From the NCBI GenBank assembly GCA_964291285.2, contig OZ219786.1:992001-1056000 (forward strand): a stretch of DNA of 64,000 bases, read 5' to 3'. Positions 49,111-60,405 of this stretch are shown piece after piece; positions within the stretch are counted from its first letter, which is position 1, and every line of letters begins with the position of its first letter. The stretch comes from Alphaproteobacteria bacterium. GTDB taxonomy: Bacteria > Pseudomonadota > Alphaproteobacteria > Bin95. The notes beneath the pieces were generated by a model. That model made no database searches. It was not told the origin of the DNA and worked only from the letters and a program-made list of their open reading frames with translations. A program made the position numbers and the translations under genes.

Positions 49111-50562
49111 GGTCGTGTCCCCAGGGGTGGTGTAGGAGCTGAAGCTTCCGGTGGTAGCTGTGGGTAAGTGGGCCGCCGCCGCGACCGTCTGGAGTCAGGC
49201 GGCGGCGGGCCACTTACCCACAGCGGAGGCCATCGCGGTGCCGGTTAGGGTTGGGCTGTCACAGTCCACCTGACCGGAGGAGTACCACGATGACCACCAC
49301 CGACATGATGACCCTGCGGGCGCTGTTGGAGAAGAGTTCCGACGCCGACCTGCTTCGCGAGATGATCGGGTTCACGGCCGCGCGTCTGATGGCGCTTGAG
49401 GTTGAGGGCCTTGCGGGCGCCGCGCACGGCGAGCGCTCGCCGGACCGGATCACGCAGCGCAACGGCTACCGGGACCGGGTCTGGGAGACGCGGGCCGGCA
49501 CGGTCGAACTGAAGATCCCGAAGCTGCGCAAGGGGAGCTACTTCCCGGGCTTCCTTGAACCGCGGCGGATGGCGGAGAAGGCGCTGACGGCGGTGATCCA
49601 GGAGGCCTACATCAAGGGCGTATCGACCCGCTCGGTGGACGACCTGGTGCAGGCGATGGGCATGTCGGGCATCTCCAAGAGCCAGGTGTCGCGGCTGTGC
49701 GGCGAGATCGACGACAAGATCCGCGACTTCCTCGACCGGCCGCTGGAGGGCGACTGGCCGTATCTCTGGCTTGACGCGACCTATGTGAAGATGCGCGAGG
49801 CCGGGCGCGTCGTCTCGGTCGCGGTCACCATCGCGGTGGCGGTCAACGATCAGGGCCGGCGCGAGGTGCTCGGCATGGCGATCGGCGCGTCCGAGGCCGA
49901 GACCTTCTGGACCGACTTCCTGCGCTCGCTCGCCCGCCGCGGCCTGCGCGGCGTCAAGCTGGTGATCTCCGACGACCACAAGGGCCTGAAGGCCGCCGCC
50001 ACCCGCATCTTCGGCGCCACCTGGCAGAGATGCCGCGTCCACTTCATGCGCAACCTGCTCGCCCATGCCGGCAAGCAGGGCCGGCGCGTCGTCTCCGCCT
50101 TCGTCACTACCGCCTTCGCCCAGGAGGATGCAGACAGCGCCTCCGCCCAGTGGCGCCAGGTCGCCGACCAGCTCAGGCCCAAGGCGCCAAAGCTCGCCGC
50201 CATCATGGACGAGGCCGAGCACGATGTTCTCGCCTACATGACCTTCCCGGCCGCGCACCGCGCCAAGCTGCACTCGACAAACCCGCTCGAACGCCTCCAC
50301 GGCGAGATCAAGCGGCGCACAAACACCGTCGGCATCTTCCCCAACGAGGACGCCATCACCCGGCTGATCGGCGCAATCCTGCTCGAGCAGAACGATGAAT
50401 GGGCAGTCCAGAGAGCCAGATACATGACGCTGGAATCCATCGCTCCCGTGAGCGACAATACAACCGTCAAGTTGCCCGCCGTGGCAGCCTGAGCGTTCCG
50501 GCCCTACCCGCCGGACACCGCTACGGACGCCAGGCTCTTACACCACCCGCGGGGGCACGATC
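49111..50562 (+). mobile_element. IS256 family element, copy 2 (1452 bp, inverted relative to copy 1)
   Basis: Same ends and identical translated transposase; 8-bp TSD CCTTTCCT at 49103-49110 and 50563-50570. Confidence 0.95.
49290..50492 (+). CDS. IS256 family transposase
   Basis: Same protein as copy 1; GGAGG RBS upstream of ATG 49290. Confidence 0.96.
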   Translation: MTTTDMMTLRALLEKSSDADLLREMIGFTAARLMALEVEGLAGAAHGERSPDRITQRNGYRDRVWETRAGTVELKIPKLRKGSYFPGFLEPRRMAEKALTAVIQEAYIKGVSTRSVDDLVQAMGMSGISKSQVSRLCGEIDDKIRDFLDRPLEGDWPYLWLDATYVKMREAGRVVSVAVTIAVAVNDQGRREVLGMAIGASEAETFWTDFLRSLARRGLRGVKLVISDDHKGLKAAATRIFGATWQRCRVHFMRNLLAHAGKQGRRVVSAFVTTAFAQEDADSASAQWRQVADQLRPKAPKLAAIMDEAEHDVLAYMTFPAAHRAKLHSTNPLERLHGEIKRRTNTVGIFPNEDAITRLIGAILLEQNDEWAVQRARYMTLESIAPVSDNTTVKLPAVAA

Positions 50563-50875
50563 CCTTTCCTTAGCCCTAGAAACTCCAAACAGGTCAACGC
50601 GTTGCCGCACTACGCAGCGTCGAATCTGCCTACTCAACGACACTTCCGCCCCCCTGCTTTCCCGATGCCAGACAATAATGCCGCTCATCGTGCTTTTTCG
50701 TCAACGCCCGACGCCACAGGATGGCCGCGTGCCAGCATCAGGAAACAAGTCTCGATATCTCTCTTAGTGCTTTGTCAGGTGCAGAGCCACGCGAGGACGG
50801 GGCGGCTGGACGAGGCAGGACAGGCTCCCTACTTTCGATAGCTTCGGGACGACAGCCGTCGAAGGAGGGAGCGCC

Positions 50876-51142
50876 ATGGAAGCCGAGCCCAGGGAGCGAC
50901 TGCATCAGCTGGTGGACGCGCTTCCCACCGGCGAACTCCCGGTCGCCGAGCGCTATCTCGAATTCCTGTCCGGGGTCGGGCATCCGTTCGTTCGCGCGCT
51001 CTTTACCGCCCCCGAGGCTGACGAGCCGCTGAGCCACGGGGACCGCGACGCCCTTGAGGAGGGACGCCGCGCCCTTGACGCCGGCGATACCGTCTCCGAT
51101 CGCGAGTTGCGCAGCCGGGCCTGCCAAGCCGCCCGCCCGTAA
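50876..51142 (+). CDS. Small antitoxin-like protein without partner toxin
   Basis: Strong RBS AAGGAGG; RERLHQLVDALP...DEPLS..DRDALEEGRR...G pattern typical of RelE/ParE-associated antitoxins. Confidence 0.5.
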   Translation: MEAEPRERLHQLVDALPTGELPVAERYLEFLSGVGHPFVRALFTAPEADEPLSHGDRDALEEGRRALDAGDTVSDRELRSRACQAARP

Positions 51143-51151
51143 GGCGCGCCG

Positions 51152-51418
51152 CTATTCGCCCGCTTCGGGCGCCGGCTCCCTGCGGCGTATCGAGCCTTCA
51201 AGCAGCCCCTCCACCCGCGCCACACGGTCGGAAAGGCCGCGCAGGTCCGTCGAAACGCGCGCCGAAAGCTCGCTCATATCCTTTGCCAGGCGCTCGGAAA
51301 GGTCCCTGTTGTCCTTCGCCGCGCGCTCGGAGAGGCTGCGCATGTCCCGGTGGATGGTCCACAGGAAACCGATCACGCCGAGCATGAGCCCCGCCAGGAT
51401 GTAAACGCCTTCGTCCAT
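51152..51418 (-). CDS. Small membrane-anchored coiled-coil protein with 11-residue repeats
   Basis: TM helix then DMRSLSERAAK/DNRDLSERLAK/DMSELSARVST/DLRGLSDRVAR. Confidence 0.65.
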   Translation of the reverse strand: MDEGVYILAGLMLGVIGFLWTIHRDMRSLSERAAKDNRDLSERLAKDMSELSARVSTDLRGLSDRVARVEGLLEGSIRRREPAPEAGE

Positions 51419-51469
51419 GGTCCCACCGTACCCGCCCTGCGGCTCCCCACGCAAGCTCCGGCCCCCCGG

Positions 51470-53124
<1,655 letters not shown>

Positions 53125-53261
53125 CCGACAACACAGTCGCTCTCCCGTGCATCGGCGGGGGCTCCGGTCGCCGGCCCTCACGCCTTCGGATTGGGGATTA
53201 TCCGTTTGACTAAATATCAGCCCGTCTCCTAGCCTGTGCTCTTCACAGCGGGAGATCAAGC

Positions 53262-54642
53262 ATGGCGAGGAAATCTGATAGGGTAGAAGGCAGGCGACGC
53301 AGCGGCGACGCAGCGGCGACGCAGCGGCGACGCAGCGGCGACGCAGCGGCGACGCAGCGGCGACGCAGCGGCGACGCAGGAAGCCAACTGGCGCAACCGC
53401 ACCATCTGGACGCGCGACAATCTCCATGTCCTGAGAGGCATGAACAGCGCCACGGTTGATCTCATCTATCTCGACCCGCCCTTCAACTCCAACCGCACCT
53501 ATAGCGCACCCATAGGCTCGGAGGCGGCCGGGGCTGCCTTCAAGGACTCATGGACCTTCGACGACGCGGACCGCGTCTATCTGGCACTGCTGCAAGAGCG
53601 TGACCCGACGACTTTCGCCATAATCGACGCGGCCCGGCTGGCGCACGGGCGCGGCATGGCGGCCTATCTCGGCATGATGGCGCAACGCCTCGTCGAAATG
53701 CGGCGTGTCCTGAAGCCGACCGGCAGCATCTATCTGCATTGTGACCCGTTCGCGTCGCATTATCTCAAGATGCTCATGGACGCGATTTTCGGACGCCTTA
53801 ATCACCGGAACGAGATTATCTGGTGCTATACTGGCCCCGGCTCACCGCATATGCGCCAGTTCAACCGAAAGCACGATACAATCCACTGGTATTCAGTCGG
53901 CGAGACATGGACCTTCAATGCCGACGCCGTGCGTATTCAGCACCATGGCAAGACCAAGGCGAATTTCAAAGACGGTTTGCGCGGTTCTGGATTTATCGAG
54001 GGCGAATATGGGCTGACGGACGGCAAAGTCCCTGAAACATGGTGGCCGCAAGAGAAAGGAAATGGACTCGCCATAGCGCCCCGCCAAAAGGCGCAATATG
54101 TCGGCTATCCGACGCAGAAGCCGCTTGCCCTTCTGGACCGCATCATCAAGGCGTCGAGTAACGAGGGCGATGTCGTGCTGGACCCATTTTGCGGTTGCGC
54201 GACGGCCGCCGTGGCGGCGGAGCGGCTACAGCGCCAGTGGATCGGCATCGACATTTCCGCGAAGGCGGCCGAGCTCGTCACGACGCGCCTGCAAGGCATC
54301 CTCGACGAAATCCCGCTCTACAAGACCGGCGATGTTGTCCACAGGACGGACCAGCCGGGCCGCACGGACCTGGGAGACCTTCCCCACTACCGGACGCACC
54401 TGGACTTGCTCTACGGCCAGCAGGAAGGCTTTTGCGGCGGTTGCGGGGAGCATTTCCGCAAGCGCAATCTGACGGTGGACCATATCGTCCCGCAAGCGCA
54501 TGGCGGGACCGACCACCTTGAGAACCTTTGGCTGCTGTGCGGCGCCTGCAATTCGTCGAAGGGAACGCGCTCGCAAGAGCAATTCCTGAAAGAGCGTATG
54601 CAGAAGCGCGCCGCCCTGTTCCCGTGGCTGATAGAGGCGTGA
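53262..54642 (+). CDS. Beta-class N4/N6 DNA methyltransferase fused to C-terminal HNH endonuclease; out of frame at the 11-bp repeat
   Basis: NRTIWTRDNLHVLRGM, LDPPF (IV), YPTQKP, LDPFCGCAT (I), CGGC...VDHIVP..HGG...NL..LCGACNSSK (HNH); main ORF 53440-54642. Confidence 0.88.
53293..53379 (+). repeat. 11-bp tandem repeat (GGCGACGCAGC) x7 plus 10/11 of an eighth unit
   Basis: Direct count; lies 31 nt after ATG 53262 in the 5' coding region of the MTase-HNH gene. Confidence 0.95.
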
Positions 54643-55611
54643 CTAGTATGGCCGCGCCCCGCTCGCCAGCCCGTTCTCGGCAATCAGCCGGGCGTAGGTC
54701 AGGCGCTTCCCGACCATGCCGGCCGCCAGTCCCGCCATTTGTGCCAGCGTCCCGGCTTCGCGGATGTTGTGCCGCCCGGCGAACTCCGCGATGTAGCGGT
54801 GAAGGTGCTTCGGCGAGAACTTGTGATAGACGCCCTTGTGCGCCCGCTTCAACATGGCCCAGAAGCTCTCGATCCCGTTGGTATGCGCCTGCTGGCGGAC
54901 ATACTCGCCAGCGGAGTGATTGACCGCTTCATGCTGAAACCACACTTGCAGCGCCCGATAGACCGTCGCCTCGTCCGAATAGACCGTCGTGCCGATGCGG
55001 GCGTTGTGAGCGGCGAAGCCTGCCAGCGACGGCGCGTCCGCGTGCTGGACATGGCGGGCGCGAACCTGCTTCGTGCCCCGGTCCTTCACGCCAACGACAA
55101 TGTCCTTGCCGACAGCGCCGCGACCCTCAAGGCTCTCCCGCTTCGCCTTGTGCATGTTCTTGCGCAGCCCGCCCAGATAGACCTCGTCCACCTCTACCGG
55201 CCCGTCCATGGGCGGCTCGTCGTCGCGCTTGAAGGCTTCGCGGATGCGCTGGAGCATGAACCATGCGGTTGCCTGCCGGACGCCTATGTCCCGGCTCAGC
55301 TTCACGCTGGAGACGCCCTTGAGCGAAGTCAGGTGCAGGTAGATCGCCCAAACCCACTTGCGGAACGAGAGCTTGGACCGCTCCATGACGGTGCCGATGC
55401 GGACGCTGAAATGCCGCTTGCAGCCGGGGCAGTAGTAGGGCATCGGCGGGTTGCCGGTGCATTCAATCGTCTCGGTATGGCCGCAGCGCGGGCAATGGCG
55501 ACCGTTCGGCCAGACCTTCGCCTCAAACCATTCGCGGGCGCTTTCCTCGGTCGGGAACATCTCTCCCAACTCCATGATGGTCACGCCTTCGCGGTAGTGC
55601 TTGCCAGCCAT
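54643..55611 (-). CDS. IS1595/ISXO2-like DDE transposase with zinc ribbon
   Basis: CPRC...CPGC, VEVDEVYLGG, YSDE, HTNGIESFW, KHLHRY. Confidence 0.95.
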   Translation of the reverse strand: MAGKHYREGVTIMELGEMFPTEESAREWFEAKVWPNGRHCPRCGHTETIECTGNPPMPYYCPGCKRHFSVRIGTVMERSKLSFRKWVWAIYLHLTSLKGVSSVKLSRDIGVRQATAWFMLQRIREAFKRDDEPPMDGPVEVDEVYLGGLRKNMHKAKRESLEGRGAVGKDIVVGVKDRGTKQVRARHVQHADAPSLAGFAAHNARIGTTVYSDEATVYRALQVWFQHEAVNHSAGEYVRQQAHTNGIESFWAMLKRAHKGVYHKFSPKHLHRYIAEFAGRHNIREAGTLAQMAGLAAGMVGKRLTYARLIAENGLASGARPY

Positions 55612-55683
55612 GACGGCCTCCGTTCCGACTGCTTGAGTCAGAATATGGGGACTCGCCGTCATTTAGTCAAGCGGATAATCCCC

Positions 55684-57064
55684 CAGTAATGCGCGCCAGA
55701 ACCGTATCCGGCCCGACGATCCGGGCGACATAGCTCAGGCCGAAGCCCGACGAGACCGTGCCAGGCGTCAGCGACACCGACTCGCGTCCTTCGCCCAGCG
55801 TCGTGCTGATCTCCTTGAGATAGGCTCGATCCAACAGGTCGTAGAACTGCGACGGTCTACCTGCGAGGCTGGCAAGCTCGAACGACTTGACCCGCCAGAC
55901 CTTGCCGACGCTGTTCATCGCATCGACCGTTGCCTGCAGGCTCGAACTATTCCGGAAGGACGGCGTGACTACCGACACGCCGCCCCCGGAGATCACGACG
56001 TCTACCGACGAACCGAACAGCTTCGGCAATACGCCCGACAGTCCGATCTCGAAATCATGCGCCCGGTCGAACTGCACCGAATAAAGGTAGATCGAGAGCG
56101 ACACCGGCCGCAGCGTGTGCCGGTCCAGATGCTGCAGATAGTCCCGGACTCTGGCAACCGCCCTCGGAGCGCCCCGCACGCTTACCGTCCCGGACGACTC
56201 CGATACCAGCACCTCGGCGCCATCCCCGGCCGCGTCGCAAACGAGATCGGTAATCTCCTCCCACGGCTTGTATTCCATGGAAGCGTCCAGCGACTGCTTC
56301 GTGCCCCCCGAAGTCTCCTCGCCCGCCTCGGCCTCCGTCGACACCTTCACATCGTATTTTTGCGTTCCGACCAGTGCATTGATGCTGAAGGTGCGGCTCT
56401 CGGAGCGCACGATGTCGATCGCCCCTGAAACCTCGTCGTATCGCCAGAACCAGCCCAACTCCCCGGTCCACACTTCAAGCAGACGATCCAATGGCCCCGT
56501 CCACACGCCGCTGTCCGGCACCAGCTCGTCCGTCAGCGATTGCATCCATTCGGAGCTCTCGCCCGACCGCCGCAACGCAGCACTTTCGCAAGAGCCGTGG
56601 CCTTCCGCCCTCGGCTTGTCTTCCTCTCCGACCCACCGGACAACCAGCCCGGAGGCTACAGCGATCCGACGCCGCAACACCTCCGTAGCCTCCTCCGGAG
56701 ACACCTCTGGAGACACCAAGTCACCCACCGGCACAGTCACGCCGACTTCGCTGACCAGATCCTCGGGTAGTGGTGCCGCTTCGGTCTGCACCGCCGACAG
56801 CGCGAGATAAGGCGCCGCAGACTCCCGAAGCGACCGAAAGCCGGAACGGTCGGGACCAGAGGGCCGCAGCTCCCTTACTTTCTGCTCGATGGCTGCCTTG
56901 TTTTCCGGGTCCCCCTCAGACTCCGCCCAGCCGCAGCCTGCCACCCACCAGCACGCCGCAAGAAGCGCAGCAAACTCAATTCCGCGACGCCCACAAATCC
57001 CGCCACCGAATGACAGACTGTTGACAACTCTCGGCGAATCCAACAGTACCTCTCCCATGTCCAC
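55684..57064 (-). pseudogene. PilN/BfpB-like type IVB pilus secretin fragment, 3' end cut by IS1595
   Basis: Signal-like N-terminus, WTGPLDRLL, SESSGTVSV, YLKEISTT...LTPGTVSSGF; stop codon lies inside the IS inverted repeat. Confidence 0.55.
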
Positions 57065-57091
57065 TGCCGGGAAAGGTGTGGTGGTAGGAAA

Positions 57092-57790
57092 ATGCTGTAT
57101 TTCCTACCGCGCTTCGAGCAGGCGGAGCTGGGGCCGGACGGGGCGCCCGCCTCCTCCGGCGTGATCCCGGAAATGCCGTTCCCGCGCCGCATGTACGCCG
57201 GCACGCGCCTCGCCTTCCACGAACCCATCCGCATCGGCGACCGGCTGCACCGGGAGACGGAGCTTGTGGAGCTCGCCGTCAAGGACGGCAGCACCGGCCG
57301 CCTCGCCTTCGCAACGGTCGAAAGCCGCATCTCGACGCCGCGCGGCCTCGCCGTGGTCGAGCAGCGCGACACGGTCTATCGCGAGGAGACGCCGGCCGGC
57401 GCCACGAACAGGGCGCCCAAGCGCGCCGCGCCGCCCGACGACATCGCATGGGAGGCAGAGGAGCGCCCGGACGAGGTCACGCTGTTCCGCTTCTCGGCGC
57501 TCACTTTCAACGCCCACCGCATCCATTACGACGCGGTCTGGGCGAAGGAGGTGGAGGGCTATCCGGCGCTGGTCGTCCACGGGCCGCTCTCGCAGTCCTA
57601 CCTGATGAACTTCGCCCGCGACTGCATGGCCCCGAGGCGCATGACCTCCTTCGACATGCGGGCGCGCGCGCCGCTCTTCATCGACAGGCCGGTGCGGCTG
57701 GTCGGCAAGCCGGTGGACGGCGGCTGCGAGGTCTGGGCGGTGACGCCGGAGGGGACCATCGCGATGAGCGCCTCGGCGGGTTTCGCCTGA
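57092..57790 (+). CDS. MaoC/hotdog dehydratase (mesaconyl-C4-CoA hydratase-like), possibly 5'-truncated
   Basis: LYFLP, RRMYAG, LFRFSALTFNAHRIHYD, VVHGPL. Confidence 0.8.
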   Translation: MLYFLPRFEQAELGPDGAPASSGVIPEMPFPRRMYAGTRLAFHEPIRIGDRLHRETELVELAVKDGSTGRLAFATVESRISTPRGLAVVEQRDTVYREETPAGATNRAPKRAAPPDDIAWEAEERPDEVTLFRFSALTFNAHRIHYDAVWAKEVEGYPALVVHGPLSQSYLMNFARDCMAPRRMTSFDMRARAPLFIDRPVRLVGKPVDGGCEVWAVTPEGTIAMSASAGFA

Positions 57791-57831
57791 GGCCCGGCGA
57801 GGGGAACGAGGAACGGTTGGGAGAGAACGAC

Positions 57832-58680
57832 ATGGCAGAACAGCTTCAGACCCGTCCGCTCGGCGGCGCGCTGGGCCTCGAAGTGACCGGCGTTGACCTG
57901 TCGGGGCCGGTCTCCGACGACGTGTTCGGCGAGATCAAGGAGAATTTCTGGCGGAACCCGGTTCTTGTGTTCCGCGACCAGGACCTCGACGCGCACAGCC
58001 TGGCGGCGCTGGGCAAGCGCTTCGGGCCGCTCCAGCTTCATGTGCTGGTCGATTACCGCCATGAGGAGGTGCCGGAAGTCTCCTGGCTCACCAACGTGAA
58101 CAAGGACGGCTCGCTCGACCCGGCCGGCTACAAGCGCGCGACGACCTGGCATTCCGACGGCACCTTCGAGGAGCGCCCGCCGGCGGTCGCCATCCTGCAC
58201 GCCAGGGAAATCCCGTCGAAGGGCGGCGGCACCGTGTTCTGCAACATGATCCGCGCCTATGAGACGCTGTCGGACGAGGTGCGGGAGCGCATCGACGGGC
58301 TGACGGGTCGGCATTTCTACGGCGCCGGCCCCGGCGGAACCGGCGCGCTTCCGCTCAAAGACTATCAGGAGGGAACGCTGCCGGAAGTGCATCACCCGGT
58401 CGTGCGCACGCATCCGGAGAGCGGACGCAGGATGCTCTATGTCAACGCCATCCACACCTTCGGCTTCGTCGAGGTCGAGGGCGAGGAGGGCGAGACGCTG
58501 CTGAACGGCCTGCTCGACCACGCCACGCGGGACGAGTTCGTGTACCACCACCGCTGGAACCACGGCGACGTGGTGATGTGGGACGAGCGCGCCACCATGC
58601 ACCGGGGCGCGGGCGACTACGACCCGAACGAACGCCGGGTGATGCTGCGGACCATCTCCTACGGGGAACGGCCCCGGTGA
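57832..58680 (+). CDS. TauD/TfdA family dioxygenase
   Basis: WHSDG, HPVVRTHP, WDERATMH. Confidence 0.9.
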   Translation: MAEQLQTRPLGGALGLEVTGVDLSGPVSDDVFGEIKENFWRNPVLVFRDQDLDAHSLAALGKRFGPLQLHVLVDYRHEEVPEVSWLTNVNKDGSLDPAGYKRATTWHSDGTFEERPPAVAILHAREIPSKGGGTVFCNMIRAYETLSDEVRERIDGLTGRHFYGAGPGGTGALPLKDYQEGTLPEVHHPVVRTHPESGRRMLYVNAIHTFGFVEVEGEEGETLLNGLLDHATRDEFVYHHRWNHGDVVMWDERATMHRGAGDYDPNERRVMLRTISYGERPR

Positions 58681-59540
58681 ACCCGGCCTTCGCCAAGGCC
58701 GTCCTGCTGACCGGGGCGGCCGGCGGGCTCGGCGCGGCGATGGCCGAGGCGCTTGCCGGCGACGGGCACCGGCTCGCGCTGGTGGACCGCGACGAAGAGC
58801 GCCTGCAGGCGCTGACGAACCGTCTCTGGCAGAAACACGGCGACGGCGTGGTATTGCCGCTGGCGCTCGATCTCACCGACGAGGAGGCCTGCGCGGAGGC
58901 CGCCGGGCGCGCGGCGGAGCATTTCGGGCGCCTCGACATGCTGGTGAACAATGCCGGCATCGGCATGAGTACGCTGCGCCCCGACTACCATCTGCGTCCG
59001 CTCGCCGCGTTCAGCGAGGTGTCGGTCGAGGACTGGCAGCGCTTCGTCGCGGTCCATGCCACCGCGCCCTTCGTCTTCATGCGCGCCGCCGCGCCCTTCA
59101 TGCAGGAGCGCGGCTGGGGCCGGATCGTCAATGTCACCACCTCGCTCTCGACCATGCTTCGGCCGCAGTTCTTCCCCTATGGCGCGTCGAAGGCCGCGCT
59201 CGAGGCGATGTCGTCCCAGTTTGCCGGCGAGCTGGAGGGAACCGGCATCACCGTGAATGTACTCACACCCGGCGGCCCGACCGACACGCCGATGGTGACG
59301 GAGGAGAGCGCGCCGGACAGGAGCGCCCTGCTCTCCCCCGCGGTCATGGCCCCGCCGATCCGCTTCCTCGCCTCGGAGATTTCTGACGGCTTCACCGGCC
59401 GGCGGATCATCGCCGCGCTCTGGGACAAGCGCATCGCGCCGGTGGACTCCGCCATGAACGCCGGCGGCCCGATCGGCTGGCCCGGCACGGGCCCCGCCGC
59501 CATCTGGCCGGAGAGCTTGCCGGGAGCCGAGCGCGCCTGA
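58677..59540 (+). CDS. Short-chain dehydrogenase/reductase
   Basis: TGAAGGLG, NNAG, YGASK. Confidence 0.9.
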   Translation: MNPAFAKAVLLTGAAGGLGAAMAEALAGDGHRLALVDRDEERLQALTNRLWQKHGDGVVLPLALDLTDEEACAEAAGRAAEHFGRLDMLVNNAGIGMSTLRPDYHLRPLAAFSEVSVEDWQRFVAVHATAPFVFMRAAAPFMQERGWGRIVNVTTSLSTMLRPQFFPYGASKAALEAMSSQFAGELEGTGITVNVLTPGGPTDTPMVTEESAPDRSALLSPAVMAPPIRFLASEISDGFTGRRIIAALWDKRIAPVDSAMNAGGPIGWPGTGPAAIWPESLPGAERA

Positions 59541-59651
59541 TCCGGCGCGGCGGATTGCTGCACCGCAAAAAGGCCCGCGCCGCTTGACTTGCCCGGCGCC
59601 GCAACCCTAAAAGCCGCCCTTGCCCTTCAACCCGAGCCTGCGGAGGTCCCC

Positions 59652-60401
59652 TTGAAGGTCCTCGTCCCCGTCAAGCGCGTCATCGACTACAATGTGAAGA
59701 TCCGGGTGAAGCCGGACGGCACCGGCGTCGAGACCCGGAATGTGAAGATGTCGATGAACCCGTTCGACGAGATTTCCGTCGAACAGGCCATCCGGATGAA
59801 GGAAGCCGGCTCGGCCGAGGAGATCGTCGCGGTCTCCATCGGCGTGCAGCAGTGCCAGGAGACGATCCGCACGGCGCTCGCCATGGGCGCGGACCGGGGC
59901 ATCCTGGTCGTCACCGAGGACGAGGTGGAGCCGCTCGCCGTCGCCAAGATGCTGAAGGCGATCTGCGAGAAGGAAGAGCCGGGCATGGTCATTCTCGGCA
60001 AGCAGGCCATCGACGACGACTGCAACCAGACGGGCCAGATGCTCTCCGCGCTGCTCGGCTGGTCGCAGGCGACCTTCGCATCCGAGGTCGCGATAGACGG
60101 CGGCAAGGCCCGCGTCACCCGCGAAGTCGATGGCGGGCTGGAGACGGTCGAGGTCACGCTGCCGACGGTGGTGACGGTGGACCTGCGCCTCAACGAGCCG
60201 CGCTACGCCTCGCTGCCGAACATCATGAAGGCGAAACGCAAGCCCATCGACCGCTTCGAGCCGGCCGACCTCGGCGTCGATACCGCGCCGCGCCTCAAGG
60301 TGCTGCATGTCGGCGAGCCGGAGAAGCGCGCCGGCGGCGTGAAGGTCGAGACCGTCGAGGAGCTCGTGCAGAAGCTCTCCACCGAAGCGAAGGTGATCTG
60401 A
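59652..60401 (+). CDS. etfB: Electron transfer flavoprotein beta subunit
   Basis: [33 protein letters not shown]. Confidence 0.96.
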   Translation: MKVLVPVKRVIDYNVKIRVKPDGTGVETRNVKMSMNPFDEISVEQAIRMKEAGSAEEIVAVSIGVQQCQETIRTALAMGADRGILVVTEDEVEPLAVAKMLKAICEKEEPGMVILGKQAIDDDCNQTGQMLSALLGWSQATFASEVAIDGGKARVTREVDGGLETVEVTLPTVVTVDLRLNEPRYASLPNIMKAKRKPIDRFEPADLGVDTAPRLKVLHVGEPEKRAGGVKVETVEELVQKLSTEAKVI

Positions 60402-60405
60402 TCCC

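Larger units (their letters stand above)
53193..55683 (-). mobile_element. IS1595-family element carrying an MTase-HNH passenger gene
   Basis: 23-bp terminal IRs GGGGATTATCCG(T/C)TTGACTAAAT at 53193-53215 and 55661-55683, one mismatch; no TSD. Confidence 0.88.

Noticed and set aside
38943-50562. IS256 composite transposon that imported the atp operon
   Set aside because: Each IS has its own TSD on both sides; a composite insertion would share one TSD at the outer ends.
49022-50690. Short minus-strand ORF (MSGIIVWH...GPTSRA) that is open across the IS256 empty site; considered as a Vsr or controller protein
   Set aside because: No Vsr (FxDGCFWH) or HTH motif and no clear RBS; probably spurious.
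53293-53379. Repeat array as a possible CRISPR or iteron array
   Set aside because: Units are contiguous 11-mers with no spacers; no cas or rep gene is present; the array lies inside a coding 5' end.
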